Source: Octopus sinensis
Lineage: Eukaryota
Length of the DNA: 64,000 bases
Direction: 5' to 3'
NCBI RefSeq assembly: GCF_006345805.1
Contig: NC_042997.1
Span: forward strand, 69,130,001 to 69,194,000
The first letter of the stretch is position 1. Every line of letters begins with the position of its first letter. The position numbers and the translations under genes were made by a program. Shown here piece by piece: positions 39,265 through 53,419 of this stretch. Under the pieces are notes generated by a model. That model was not told the DNA's origin and did no database searches. It worked only from the letters and a program-made list of their open reading frames with translations.

Positions 39265-39400
39265 AACTACAAAGCCTTCGATAAGGTTAACCACGGCATT
39301 CTATTAAAGAAATTATCGAACACTGGAGTAGGAAGGAAACTATTAAAGTGGATTGAATGTATTCTGGTGAACGGAACTCACCTGGCCGGGTTCTGTTATT
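39265..39400 (+). mobile_element. CR1-type RT micro-fragment
   Basis: YKAFDKVNHGILLKKLSNTGVGRKLLKWIECIL. Confidence 0.75.
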
Positions 39401-39849
39401 CATGTATTGAGCAGTGATGTAGTGAAAATACTACTGTTGAAAAACAACCAATGTGTAATCACATCCGTCTTGGTCAATAACTGGTTTCTCAATTTTATAT
39501 TTTTGCTCACTTGCCTCGTTTGATCCATCATTCTGCATCAAATTTTACCTTGATTTTCTATGCTGCTTGTTTTTTTCCTAATATTTGTACTTAGTTATCA
39601 ATAAGAATAATTTTATCTTTTTTATTACCGTGAATTGTATATTTTCAAAGAAATTCTCTTTTACTGTCGCCATATAATTACATTCAAGGACATATTAATG
39701 CTATACGAGCATCTATACTATAATGGAAAAAGCTGCTTATTAATTAGGTATGTAACAATTACTAAAAAGTACTAAAAGAAAGCAATATTAAAAGCTTCAC
39801 CGTCTGGAAATATTTTTATAAATTCATGTTCTAAGAAATTGGCATCACT

Positions 39850-40520
39850 AGGCACTATACGGGTATGACAGCCAATGACTTCAAGTGAAGATACTCCCAA
39901 CGTTCAGATTGAGAGACAAAGAGAACTCTACTTCCCTATCTCGTTTTATCTGCAGATTCCGTGACCTTCGAGACGAAACACCCACCATCAAGTGGACTAT
40001 TGTCGACAGATCTCCACCATATTCACCGAGCGCTTCCAACTGCCAGTTCTGCCTCCACGGAAATCTTCCTAGCCTCTAACAAGCTGCAGTATCCATCAAT
40101 GAGAAACACGATTTATCTTTTTGCTGTCACCAATGGTATGTCCTTCTGGCGAATTTCAAACCTCTCACGGCCGACAATCCTGATGTACCAACTTAGTACC
40201 AGCTGCTACTCTGCACCAAGGTCACCGTCACCACCCAGCTCCATGAGCAGGACCGACACTTACCAATCCTCGACACTTACCAATTTCTTTTCCACAACGT
40301 GGTCCATATCCTGTCCACCGCATAGACGATTTCTTGCTAACCATGCGGTAATTTCCAACTAACAAACCATGACACTAACATCAAATCATGACACCACGTC
40401 ACATTCCTCGAACGATCACAGCTTAACTTTCGGTAACATCGGCCAACTTCTTTCACTAAAATTCAAAAAGGCTGAAGATTAGCATCACGCTTGAAACTCT
40501 CAGGGTACCAACGAATTTCA
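39850..40520 (+). mobile_element. Naiad-type PLE 3' end (GIY-YIG endonuclease plus pLTR)
   Basis: YTGMTANDFK*RY..FRLRDKENSTSLSRFI..IKWTIVDRSPPYSPSASNCQFCL..INEKHDLSFCCH, followed by a C-rich UTR and a hammerhead motif. Confidence 0.85.
40459..40518 (+). ncRNA. Type I hammerhead-like motif in the Naiad pLTR
   Basis: CTGAAGA (40472-40478), stem II AGC/GCT, GAAA (40493-40496), stem III CTC/GGG, GUA triplet, interrupted stem I GG/CC plus AAATTC/GAATTT. Confidence 0.6.
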
Positions 40521-40548
40521 GCTAAACTGTTTTGACCATCCCACCCCG

Positions 40549-40642
<94 letters not shown>

Positions 40643-41241
40643 TCGTATATACGTATATGTCGAACGATGAAAATGAGTGCTATTCACCGGATTGGTGGTT
40701 AGAATTTATTTGTGAATTAAATCCATCATTGGTTTCATGTTAAGAAAAATGGGAAAATAACTTAATATCTTTACAATTTTTCAAGCCGCTCACATGGAGG
40801 AATTGTGTTCGTCTCCATTTTGGATTTATATATTCATGCATGTATGTGTGTATGTGTTTAGGTGTGTGTAGTGTTTAGGTGTGTGTATGCACACTTCCAT
40901 TTTCCTAAAAATAAGATTAAAAGAAAGGCAATGATAAAAGCTACGAACAAAATATAATTCATGGCTTATAAAACGTTTTTCTCTTTATAATCGGGTGTGG
41001 TCACATATACATACATTTTCTTTTAAATTTTACGCTGGATTTAGTTTAACACTTCTCTTGTTATATGTTTAACATCAGTCATACTAATTTAGATGTCTTA
41101 CACAAAATCATTTCATTCAGATCAATGTGTTAAACGATGGGGAAGTTGGATTATATTAAAAACTTGTTTGGGAAATCAAGCAAAATGCCGCTTTCAAAAT
41201 AACACTGCGTTTCTGTGTTCAATTATAGTAGATCAATAGAA

Positions 41242-41297
<56 letters not shown>

Positions 41298-41368
41298 CTT
41301 CTTCTTCTTCTTCTTCTTCTTCTTCTCTTCCTCCTCCTCCTTCCCCTCCTCCCCGTCGTTGTTGTTGA

Positions 41369-41412
<44 letters not shown>

Positions 41413-41631
41413 TTAATGCCTGTAATGTGAAAACGTGTTTATTTCTCTCTTCCAGACAAGTTTTAATGAATTTTTTTTGCAGTAATTATAGAAAGTAACA
41501 CTAGCTGCCTAAGAAAGGCCTACATTTGATATAGTCCTACATTTAAGAGATGAGGAATTAAGTACATTATTTTCATTTGACGGATATTTGTCCTCATCTT
41601 GTTTGTTGTTAACACAAAATTCTGGGGGCTG

Positions 41632-41667
41632 ATGTTGTTGTTGTTGTTATTATTATTATTATTATTT

Positions 41668-41698
<31 letters not shown>

Positions 41699-41776
41699 GA
41701 TCCAGGTCACTGCGGGGAATCGAACTCGGAATCTTGGGGTTAGTAGCCCGCGCACTTAACCACAATGCTATATGCC
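41632..41776 (-). mobile_element. Very short tRNA-derived SINE with a (TAA)n tail
   Basis: A-box TAGCATTGTGG, D-arm GCAT/GTGC, loop CTACTAA, B-box GTTCGATTCC, about 20-nt body, then (TAA)n. Confidence 0.7.
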
Positions 41777-41779
41777 TTT

Positions 41780-41885
41780 GAAAGGCAAAGTCATCCTAGG
41801 CGGAATTTGAACTCAGAACGTAAAAACGGATGAAATACCCTTTAGCATTTCGCTCGGCGTGCTAACGATTCTGACAGCTCAAAGA
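41780..41885 (-). mobile_element. SINE family B, 5' part
   Basis: GGCGGAATTTGAACTCAGAACG..GCGTGCTAACGATTCTG on the + strand. Confidence 0.8.
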
Positions 41886-41886
41886 T

Positions 41887-41938
<52 letters not shown>

Positions 41939-41954
41939 TATAATTATAATAATG

Positions 41955-42170
41955 GAAAGCGGCGTACTGGGAGAATCGTTAGCGCACTGGACAAAATACT
42001 TAGCGGTATTTCGCCCGTTGCTACGTTCAGAGTTTAAATTCCGCCGAGGTCGACTTTGCCTTTCATCTTTGCGGGGGGCAATAAGTTAAGTACCAGTTGC
42101 AAACTGAGGTCGATCTGATCGACTGCTCTCCCCCTCACCAAGTTCAGGCGTTGTGCCTATAGTAGAAATG
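41955..42170 (+). mobile_element. SINE family B (variant tail), head-to-head with the previous copy
   Basis: Head, B-box and CORE-like segment intact. Confidence 0.88.
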
Positions 42171-42211
42171 ATTATTGTTTTATAACACACACACACACAC
42201 ATGCACACACA

Positions 42212-42254
<43 letters not shown>

Positions 42255-42598
42255 CACACACACACGCTAGAAAGAATGAGTATAAATGTTTCTCTGATAA
42301 TTTCCCTGCTTTGATACAAAAAGTGACTGTCTCAAGAGAGTCACCATTTTATACACGTAATGATTTATTAACATTTAATCATTTAAGTGGGAAAAAAATA
42401 ATCGGATAAGCCATTTCTATTCATTCTCTCAAATATATATACTACTGTACTAAAGACTCTATTTCTTTATTCTGATGTAGATATATACGCACACGTACAT
42501 ACATACGGATACTTGTGCCTGTGTATTGGCGTGCATATGTGTGAGTGTGTGTGTGTGCGTGCATTCGTCCGTGTGTGCGCGTGCGTATTGCATGCATG

Positions 42599-42629
<31 letters not shown>

Positions 42630-43066
42630 TGTGCGCGCGCACATCAGAAGATATTTGATTTGAAAATGAGTGATTACCGCGTAAATGACCATCAAGAATT
42701 TTATATACATTCCTTAGAATGTATATATAATTATCTTTCATACTACCTTTCATATTATTGAGAGAGTGACACCTAGTGTCCAAAAACGGAACATCGTGTT
42801 CCTTCTTTAATTTATTTACACATAAAAATTAAATCATCCATCATAGGAATTCTATAAAATACCTAAACACTTTTATGTAATCTATTCTATATAATGTAGT
42901 TTTCTAAATAATAGTATCCCAAGAAATATAACTAAAAAATATACATTTTTATTTCCCCTTCCCATCCTTCCTTTCTCTGTTTTGTCCATAGTAAATTGTG
43001 CATTGTTCTCTCTCCCTCTCTTTCTGTGTGTCTGTCAGTACGTCTAAAGATATATATATATATATA

Positions 43067-43330
43067 AACTTACTTGGAAATGGATGTGTAGCGTTCAGTT
43101 AATATAATATAATATATATATATATATATTATATATATATATATATAATATAATATATATATATATATATATCTATATATATAATATTATATATATATAT
43201 ATATATATATGCATATATGGGCACAATTGTAAACAATACGAAGTACGAAAACAAGCGAGTTAAATACGCAAACAACGAGAGAAAAAACTTGAAAACGGGA
43301 CAAGTAACGCAAAGAAGGACCTTTCTGTTT
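43067..43330 (-). mobile_element. pLTR-like repeat with a 30-nt terminal motif (copy 1)
   Basis: Motif AACTTACTTGGAAATGGATG.GT.GCGTTC, then (TA)n, then an A/C-rich segment homologous to 59870-59970. Confidence 0.45.
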
Positions 43331-44509
43331 TGCATTTAGGTATCGCTTACTTTGTCGTCACGATGACGTACTGGAATCCTAGACTTTATTATTTTACCAA
43401 CTCCGAAGGATGAAAGGCCAATATGATCTAGGTGCAGTTTGAACTCATAACATACAACACTTTGAACTAAATACAGCAAAAGTTTTTTTGAACAAAATGC
43501 ATCAAAAGTTTTTGTCCGATATTCTAGCGATTTTACCTATCCATTGCCTAGAGAATACATTTTACATCATACTCTGCCGCTAAACACAACGTTGCCCTGA
43601 TAGCAGCAGAATCAGATGACCATCGACAGTACTGACTGCCTTTTAATGAAACCAAGAATGCATATCACAATATTCTTGAGACTAACAGTGAATATGGGGT
43701 TTGCCGTGGACATAATTCTTCAACAGTATTCTGTTTGACAGTCTGTATATAGAAAAATATGAAACCCAATAATTGTTATAGTCTGGGCTGAAAGCTCAAG
43801 ACGCAAAACAAGAAAAGCTAAAATTTTGGCCATACACATATGAACTGTGGAAGAGAGATTTAGTTGAGCTATGATTCTGGACATGACTGTATTTCCGAAA
43901 ATAGCTTCAATAGGCAACTGTTCTCTCTTTTCAACACTGAATAATTCAGACATCGTTTGCAGAGCATCAGAAAATACAATATTGCACATAAAAACGTTTC
44001 CTTTCGAAGCAAGATGAACGTAAGCATTAGCATGAATCTTACTTCTTTAAATTCATGTTAACGCTAACTTTTAAATTTGTAAAGAGCAAATCTTTCTTGA
44101 GATTGGATAATTTTACCTCCGTCTCTTTGAATAAGCCTGGATTTTGTACTTCCAGTTTGATGGTGACCTCAAGAAAACGGTTGATAATAGAAGCATCATC
44201 TCCCGAAGAGTGTGGCTTTGCCCCTTAAACAATTTGGGATGCCCCATGCAAAGACCCACGTCAAAAGTTTCGAATACGCATTGGAGTCTTTATCTATTAT
44301 TTAATTTTAAATTGTTATTGATATAATAAAGACCTTACAGACCATACATGCACGTAGTTTCAATGCACCTGAATGTAATGAATTTGCTGTTAATACAATG
44401 AGCTTTTGCAGTGCAACAAGAGTGTCACGTGGCTAAAGAAACATCATTCTGAAGCTTCATTTTGAAGTCTTTCTGCTTTTAGAAAGGCAAAATGGTCAAC
44501 CATACTTTT

Positions 44510-44956
<447 letters not shown>

Positions 44957-45299
44957 AAGATCCTATGATGTGCCTTATTATCCTTTTAGTTACGTCAATG
45001 TTGTAAGAGGATACCACTTTGAAATACCACTGATTAAGTTCCTCAAAATCTGTTGCATGCATAGACTTCTTTTTCTGCCCGTTCATGTTTCGTCATTCAA
45101 CCTGTTGCGTAGATGTCCACCTCGCATTAACACTTGCAGCGAGCAAGTTTGATAAGATGCGGTTTGAGAGACTTTGCTACATTGAAATAAACAGAAAACC
45201 CGTAGACAATCTCTGAAATTCATTTAGAAGATAAAATCAGTAATGATGTTTGGGCACCTAGCTCCGTCTACTTTGATTCTTTCATCAACTTTTACCGTT

Positions 45300-46330
45300 A
45301 ATCCTCGATATGTGTCCCAATGCGTACGTTATGCAATGAAACGTTGCCGTTTCTGCCGCACAGAACGATTTATTACTTTCAGCTGCAGCTCCAGTTGGAG
45401 AGAAAATCAAGATATGATCTTTCAGACCTGACAAACGATCGTCGTCATAATCTCTCTGACAGATTTTTTTTTACTCTACAGTTAAATATGTCTGTTGGAT
45501 TAGTACTAAGATAACAAACAAACGGAGATGGCCAGTCAGATTCGGAAGATGAGCCCAGATAATAGAGGCACCCAAACGTATATTGGATAGTAATATCCTG
45601 ACCAACAAATTTAATGCATGCATCAATAGTTGATATTTATCTCCACTTAAACGTAGATGTCCCATTAAAACAAATTATACTGCGGTAGTTACAATGAGAG
45701 AAACTGTCATATTGCACTTCTAATGCAAAATGCACTTCTTGATATCGCTTGCAAGGAGATAAATCCCCGCTACATTCAGAGTCGAAGCCACCAGGCCACA
45801 TGAATTCGATCTTGTTTGGTCTTGTCAGTGATGGACACTCGGCTACTATCGGCGAAGTTACTCAATTCCAGTATGAAGAATACATCAAAATTAATGAAAA
45901 TTTCAGGCACACATTTATCTCACAAGTGTATGATGATACATTGAAACTCGACGACTGTAAAGCAAGCAAGGAGTTTAATTAAGCAACTACTTCAGAGCAA
46001 GACAACATCCAAGGCACACAACACTTTCAATCTTTTCAAGATGTATTAGTAGTGCCTAACAAACATTGCTATCATATCAGAAGAAGAAACAAAGTCCCTT
46101 ACTTTGAGGTGAACTTGGTATTAAAAGAAGATATAATGTACACTTCAGCAAAAATGAATACTTCATTCTAAGATTTATTTTTATGCATCAGATAGTCCAT
46201 GGTCATTTCAAAATATGTGTACAGTCAATGGCAAAAGGAGTTCTACCTATGGGGACAATTGTTAAAGACTGATGGTTATGAAGAGTAACAGTTTTAGAAG
46301 TTTCTCAACCTCAAACGCGATAACGTTAAA
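45300..46330 (+). mobile_element. Highly degenerate DDE transposase relic, possibly Sola2-like
   Basis: Ordered weak motifs FLPHRTI, IVIS..H..VPLKQI, MHFL..GDKSP, EFN*AT..IQGTQHFQSF, FYLWGQLL..KFL; many stops; family from recall only. Confidence 0.35.
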
Positions 46331-46999
46331 ATGTTGTGAGTAATCTAATCGACTTCCGCTTTTGCTTATGTACTCTGTTGAACTTCCGGATGAGTTTGAG
46401 CATTCAATTCAAAAGATCTGCCGCAGCATATAAGCAAGGTACACAGATATATGTTTCTGGAGAAATCCATTGGAGTTCTTCTACATTGAATACATCTTCA
46501 CTCAGCACAATTCTAAGTCATTTTTACTGCATTCTCAGCTGGGGCTTAGACACACACACACATATACACACACGCACACACACACACACACTTACACACA
46601 CATGTGCACTCATGCATATATGTATGCATCTGTGTTTATGTATACATATATATGTATATTTACGTATGTGTGTATGTATATTTACGTATACATGCACACG
46701 CGTATATAATTGTGTGTGTGCGTGCGTGTATATGTAGGGGAGATTAGGAGAATTCTAAGCGATTAACAGTGTTTTGGACCTATTTGTTAAGTGGATTTGG
46801 GAATTGATGTGGCTGGAAGAAGAAATACTTCTCACTCTTTAGTTACAGTTCTGTTTTAAGTATCTTCAACTCCTGTTATGTCTAGAGTTGCGTTTCACCA
46901 TTTCGAAGTGAATAAGATAACATACTACGCAAATGCTGGAGGAAGAGGACAAAATTTGACGAGAGACCTTCCGCTAATGTATTCTAAACGATATCCAAT

Positions 47000-47024
47000 T
47001 TGCAGTGAACATTTACGTAAATGA

Positions 47025-47121
<97 letters not shown>

Positions 47122-47162
47122 CTCTATCTATCTATCCGCCTTGCACTCTTTCAATCACTATT

Positions 47163-47227
<65 letters not shown>

Positions 47228-47290
47228 CACACACACATGCACACACACTCATACACTCACCTATACACACACACAGGTACACATTAACGC
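47000..47290. repeat. Compound (CT)n(CTAT)n(CT)n(CA)n microsatellite
   Basis: Directly visible. Confidence 0.95.
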
Positions 47291-47699
47291 ATGCATCGTT
47301 ATACGCTCAGTCTGTCCGAAAGATGTTAATTTCTGGCTAAATGCTATCAGAAGATATATTATTTCTCTATTCCTTGACGTCATTAGTTGTGTCTACAACA
47401 AGTGCAGACGGTTTTATCAAAGCCTATAACGTTTTTTTAGCAATCTACTCACCAACATTTAATTTCACACACTGAAATCAAGGAAATTGGTTTTCGCTTT
47501 TAAAGTTTGATATAATGAAGACATTTCAAGATAAGCGTATCCATTAGTTTGTTAACAGACAGTATATAGTTTAGTAGACGAATACTGTTGAACGCATATT
47601 TTAGTACTTAGATATGTCTGCATAAGTTTTTGAGTTCTCAAGTCACGTTAATCGATTATATCCCTCATATTTTCATGAAACAAATCAATAATAAGGTAT

Positions 47700-48236
47700 A
47701 GAAGGTTATTGAAAAAGAATGAACCGATTTCATTACGCAATATTTTAATAAGGAAAACCAAAAGAAAACTCCAGCTAAATCACAAGTATTTATTCACAAT
47801 CAACTTTTATTTCCTGTCTTACAAGTGTTCAATGTGGCCACCACCTGCAGCATGGGCAACATGAATGCGATAAGAGTATTCCTCCCAGACGCGTATGTGT
47901 TTGGCCTGTGAGATCCCCAGACCTCACCGTGTGTGATTTTTTTCTTGCGGGCATATGTAAAAGATCGCGTTTATGTTCCACCGCTACTCACTGACCTCGA
48001 TGACCTTCAACATCGAATAACAACAGCAATGAACTCAGTGGATCGTGGTATGTTGTTACGCGTCTGGGAGGAATTCTCTTATCGCATTGATGTTTCCCGT
48101 GCTACATTGAACATTTGTAAGACGAAATAAAAGTTGTTTGTGAGTAAATACTTCTGAGCTAGCTGCAGTTTTTTATTGCTTTTCCTTATTAAGATATTGC
48201 ATAATGAAATCGGTTAATTCTTTTTGAATAACCTTA
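47700..48236 (+). mobile_element. Tc1/mariner internally deleted element (MITE-sized)
   Basis: About 55-bp imperfect TIRs AAGGTTATT.AAAAAGAAT.AACCGATTTCATTA.GCAATAT.TTAATAAGGAAAA; internal PRSPDLTVCDFFLRAYVKDRVYVPP..RVWEEFSYRID. Confidence 0.92.
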
Positions 48237-48519
48237 TATCATAATGGTCTGAAGTCTATAAAAGTGAATCTGGTATAAAAATATGGCACAAATGCTTTGT
48301 TCCAATTTGAAATTGGGTTTGTTTTCCTTTGTTGCTAAGTTCAGTGTTCAAGTTCAGGTATATGTCATCTTTATTTACCACTTCCCAAAATTCCATCAAA
48401 CGAGTATCGATGGACTTAACTATTATTTCCGTCGACAACTGATGTTCTGTAATAATTTGTGTATTGCGCAAAATATATAACTCAAAACATCACACTGAAA
48501 ACTGGCGGCTAATTATATT

Positions 48520-48706
48520 ACAGGTTACCACGTGAAAAACACTTAGGTTGCATAGTTGAGATCAATTTATACTTGAGTCAATATGGTGATTTTATGAAAT
48601 TATGCTATGTAAAATAGAGTTAGTCTCCGGAGAGGGGATGCGCAGCTGCCATTTTTAAACTCCACTCATTTCTTTCACATTGACCGGAAATACATTTTGG
48701 TGAGTA
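48520..48706 (+). promoter_or_regulatory. Candidate core promoter / non-coding first exon
   Basis: CACGTG E-box, TGCGCA, GCCATTTTT (YY1-like), CCGGAAAT (ETS-like) and donor TTG|GTGAGT at 48700, in repeat-free DNA. Confidence 0.4.
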
Positions 48707-51700
48707 TGTTTTCTTTGTCGTTAATGTTGACTGAAGGCAATATGGTACTACGATAGATAAAATACCCTATGCTGTTTAGTTACGTTCTTGTGGTTTTTAG
48801 TTACGTTCCTTTTGTTTATATCTTTTAACCTTCTTGAGATTAACTTTGCATTTATCCCTTGCTAGGTGGACAAGAAATAAGTTTGATATAGCCAACTGTG
48901 CACTTTTTAATCTTGTGACTAAATCGTTTTCTACAGTAATAGCAACATTAGAAGCAGAAAATCGGGTAGAAAAAGACTATCATTAACAAGGTAAATTTCA
49001 TAACAATAGCAACAAAAGTAAAAAGGTAACACCAATTAACTGTAAGAAAAACCTCAGTAGAAACATTAGAAACCACAAACAACAAAGGTAAAGACACAAT
49101 GGAGCAGTGCCAATGCAGTCGCTCACTTTGCTAAAATTAACCACCAAATCTGCCACGAATTAGACTCATTAGAAGATCTGAGTGACCTAACTATTCGGGA
49201 TAACGCAGGATCGGACACCCTACATTATTCGTCTCCAAAATTTTCACAAATAAGGGAATTGTTTATTTACATGCATTTTCTAACAAGTTCCACACTATTT
49301 AAAAATCTAACCTCTCAAAAATTTAGCTTACTAACCAAAGAGAAAATCTGTTTTCCCTGTTCCAGCTCTCAATTGAGTAACTGAATACTTGCGCATTTTA
49401 TATGGCACCATTTTCAAATTGTATTCAAATTGTTTTGAACAAAATTCAGAAAGCCCCGTTGTGAGTCCTCTAGGAAACCGTGGACACCAGGCTTGGGATC
49501 GCTGCTCTGTATCTTACAAATGAGCTAAAAGAAATTTTAAAAGCATAAAATCCTCAAAACCAGACAAAATTGCAAACAAACCCTAAAATAACTACGACCG
49601 GAAGGGTTTGCTTCACTCACCAACGACTATAAAAACTATTTCTTGCAACAGATAACTTTCCAGAATTTAGGAACTGGACAAACTTATAAGTCTCAAAAAT
49701 ATGTCAAAACAAGTAAAATGATACAGGACCATAACCCTCCTATGCTCACGCACTTTTTTGAAAGACTTATTCATGACATATCTAATCTCACATATACATC
49801 ATCAACTCACAACAAAAATTATAGAAACAAAACACAATCAGCACACGCACAGATCCAACACAGAAAATAAATGACAGCATCAATATCAGTTAACCTTCTA
49901 TGCATACCATTCTTACAACCATTAGTAGCAAGTAAACTTTCAGCTTTATTCTACACTAAATACAAATTTTAAAAAAGAAATATAATTCCTACTAGCAAGC
50001 TACATGTTATGTAAAAGACCATTTCTAAAACTCCGGTCTTTCACACTTATCCACTTATATGTACACAAAGTCACCACCGCTCTGCAAATGACATCATACT
50101 CACACGTGTGTCTTCAACATTGGCTAAATCATCAAGAAACCTGACTCTACATTAACAGTCTTAAAATAGTATGGTGCTAAAATCCAAAGTCCCCACCAGA
50201 GAAGCTTTGTTATCAACATCACCAACACATGGGAACATCAAATACAGCCAATCAAAGGCTTCAGCAAAACAGACATTAGATGCTACATGCAATTTATCCT
50301 CAATGTGTATGTTTTTTTTTCTTTTGTGTGTGTGTGTGTTTTGTATGTATGTGTATGTATAAGACAGAGTAAAGAACGAAAGGCCAAGAACAATCCCATG
50401 TTCCACATTTGGTAACAGGAGAAAGCAACGAAGTTGTATACACAATACATTAAATACATCACGAACTATGATAGTCTAGACTTTAGCCCATATTTCTCTA
50501 CAAAAACTACAATAAAGTTCTTCTTTTATATCTGCATGATATCTTTAGGATGGGGTCCACTTCAATGGGAACCTTCATATGTGCAAGCAAATGGTAGAAT
50601 GTATATGTGTGCATATTGAGTTGGTAGTAATATAGTGTTCTAGATTGATGTGACAATTGTGTATTCCAGTCGGTGTTTCACTTTACATGTCGTCGAAGCC
50701 AGAAAGATTAGTGGTGATTTGGGTTCTACCGTATTTATGTCGTCCATTGCCTATTGGCACAAATTGGCTGTCTATTGCATAGGCCTTTACTAAATGGCTA
50801 GTGCTTTAGTTTTTAAACTCCAGAAGGATAACAGAGAAAAGTACATTCGGCTAGATTTAAAGCCAGAATGCAAAGAGTCAGAACAAATGCCACAAAGTAT
50901 TTTGTTCGACGTTCTAACTACCCTGCCAATCCAGCAATCGAACCACAATAAACTAAATGATACGTGAAACAGTCATCTAAGCACTATAAGAAGTTACACA
51001 GAGGTCATGTACCCCCATAAATAGACATACTAACAATGCAGAACTACCTCGACAAACAAAGGGCATAGTTGAAAGCTGCAACAAATGTTAAAGCCCAAGT
51101 CCTTGTCCCTCCACGAAAAACTACCAACACCCAGACACATATACAATATCCAAGAGCACTGCTCCAACAGCATCCTGAAAATATCATCTCCTCTATATGG
51201 ATGCATCAGCGTCTTGAAAACGTATTTCACCCGGCGTGCAAACGATTCTGCCAGCTTACCGTCTTGAAAATAGTAATAATAATAACCACAATGATAGTAG
51301 CAAATGATGTAGTAGCAATATCAGCAAAACTCCATCAGCAAGGCCAACCACATCAGAACATCATGGGCAAAAATAATAACAGCAACAGTATAAACCGCAT
51401 TCGTCAAACAACAGCAACACACTGGGCATCAGCATCATCACTACAATAATCATCAACAAGCAGCACGAGATAACGATGGGGCCCCTACATGGTCGTTCGA
51501 GCTGTTTAAAACAAAAGACAAATGTTCTTCAAATGACACGACATTATCATCTTAGAAAAGAGCATACTCAATTCCCTACACGTGAGAAAATGACTGTATA
51601 ATCACAGCTGCAATGCTTTTCATCACAGTTATGTGATCAGTCCTGTCCCAGGATAAATAATAGCAACAGCTTTGAAAACTTTCTCCCTTACGGTTGCTCG

Positions 51701-52489
51701 ATCTACTGGTAACAACAGCCAAATTTCACTTAAACACACAAAACACGCATTGGATGGTGATACAGCTTTAGATACACTTAGGTGGAAAAAGACGGGATAG
51801 TCATCACTTTGCAGCATAAATCAGTGCAAACAGAACTACCCTTAAGCGAAACAACAACAACAGCAACAATAAGTTATGGTAACCGTTTTGAAAGAACAGA
51901 AACAACAATTAGTAATAGAATCAACGTGTTGAATAGAAAATAGCGATTAAAACAACAACAAATACAATAGCAACAAAAGATGAATTGATAACAGCGTTAA
52001 GTGAGAACAGAAGTGATACCGACGGCAGCATTGACTGCAGTAGCTGTTGCATTAGCAGTTACAGTAGGAACAACTATAACTGCAGCAGTAATAACATCAA
52101 CAATAAATACAGCACCATCACCACCAATAGCAACATTAATCCTGCTCGTCAACAAGAAAAGCTCTAACTGCTCTGTTATCCTAGTAAAAACAGTAGCCAA
52201 CGCATTGAATGCTGTAGTCAGGGTACACTCTATCCAATAAAAAAAGAATCGGGATAGTCATGGCTGGAATAATTTTGAGATACTCAATTAGGACTACATG
52301 AAAACAATAACTTCGCCGTTGGTAAGAAGAGCGGCAGGCAACTCATCAACTACAAAATTAACATGTGCAACAACAGCAAATGTAAACAATGCAACAAAGC
52401 AACTGCACAGCATGAAGCATACCAGTAGTAGCAACGATAGCAACAATGTTACAGTTTCTACCATTGCGAATGGAAATAATAACAATAAC

Positions 52490-52900
52490 AGAGTGGCTGG
52501 CGTAATTGTGTGGTAAGAAGATTGCTTCTCAACCACATGATTAGGGGGTTCAGTCCCAGTGCGTGGCACCTTCGGCAAGTATCTTGTACTGTAGCCTTGG
52601 TCCAACCAAAACCTTATGAGTGGATTTGGTAGATTGAAACTAGAAGAAACCTTTCTCATTATGTCTCTATCTATCTATGTGTGTGTGCCTGTGTGACTGT
52701 GTTTGTGCCCCCTCGATAACCGGTATTGGTGTGTTTACATCCCCATAAAACTAGAGGTTCGGCAAAAAAAAAAATAAAGCTGATAGAATAAGTACCTGAC
52801 TTTCAAACATAAGTACTGGGGTTGATACATTCGACTAGAAATTCTTCAACGTGGTGCTCCAGCATGACCGCAGTCTGATAACTGAAACAAGTAAAACGGA
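52490..52900 (+). mobile_element. SINE family A variant
   Basis: GTGGCTG..GGTAAGAAG head, GGTTCAGTCCC B-box, GGTGCTCCAGCATG..CTGAAACAAGTAAAA tail. Confidence 0.85.
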
Positions 52901-53419
52901 AAGTTAAAAGACAAAAAAAGAAGAGTGACGATAGTTACTCTTAATATTGTTATTGTAGTTGAAAGCAGTAAGAGTAGCACTAATAGGGTAGCTATAACAA
53001 CAATATCAACAATAAAATTAGCAACAAGTTTCTATTATGACAGCAATATTTATTCCACGGTGCAACAATAATGCCAACAACAGCCAGATCGCAAAGAGAG
53101 CGTTTATATGGTCGTTCGACCAACTAGAAATAGCAATTCAATCTACCTAAAATTGCTCTTTATTGCATTAAATAAGGAAAGGCTATATGGGAATACCATG
53201 ACAGGATAGCTACGACTGTGATATTTAGGAACATAGAGCTTCTCCAGCAGGGCTATTCTATTAGTGCTAATTAACTCTAACATCAGTTTCTACAATTAGC
53301 AACAGTAGGGGTATAATAAAAATAATACGACAAGAACAACGGCAATAATAATGACTGATGGAGTAATAGCGATAACAAACAGCTACACCGACAACATCAT
53401 CAAAAATAAATTAACTAAA

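Noticed and set aside
39880-39895. In-frame TGA in the Naiad endonuclease as possible selenocysteine (known in some Naiads)
   Set aside because: Falls in FKxRY, not a cysteine position, in a copy with many other lesions
50549-50593. DGVHFN, like SGNH hydrolase block V
   Set aside because: Isolated hexapeptide; all three frames are open over a short span and no other SGNH blocks are nearby
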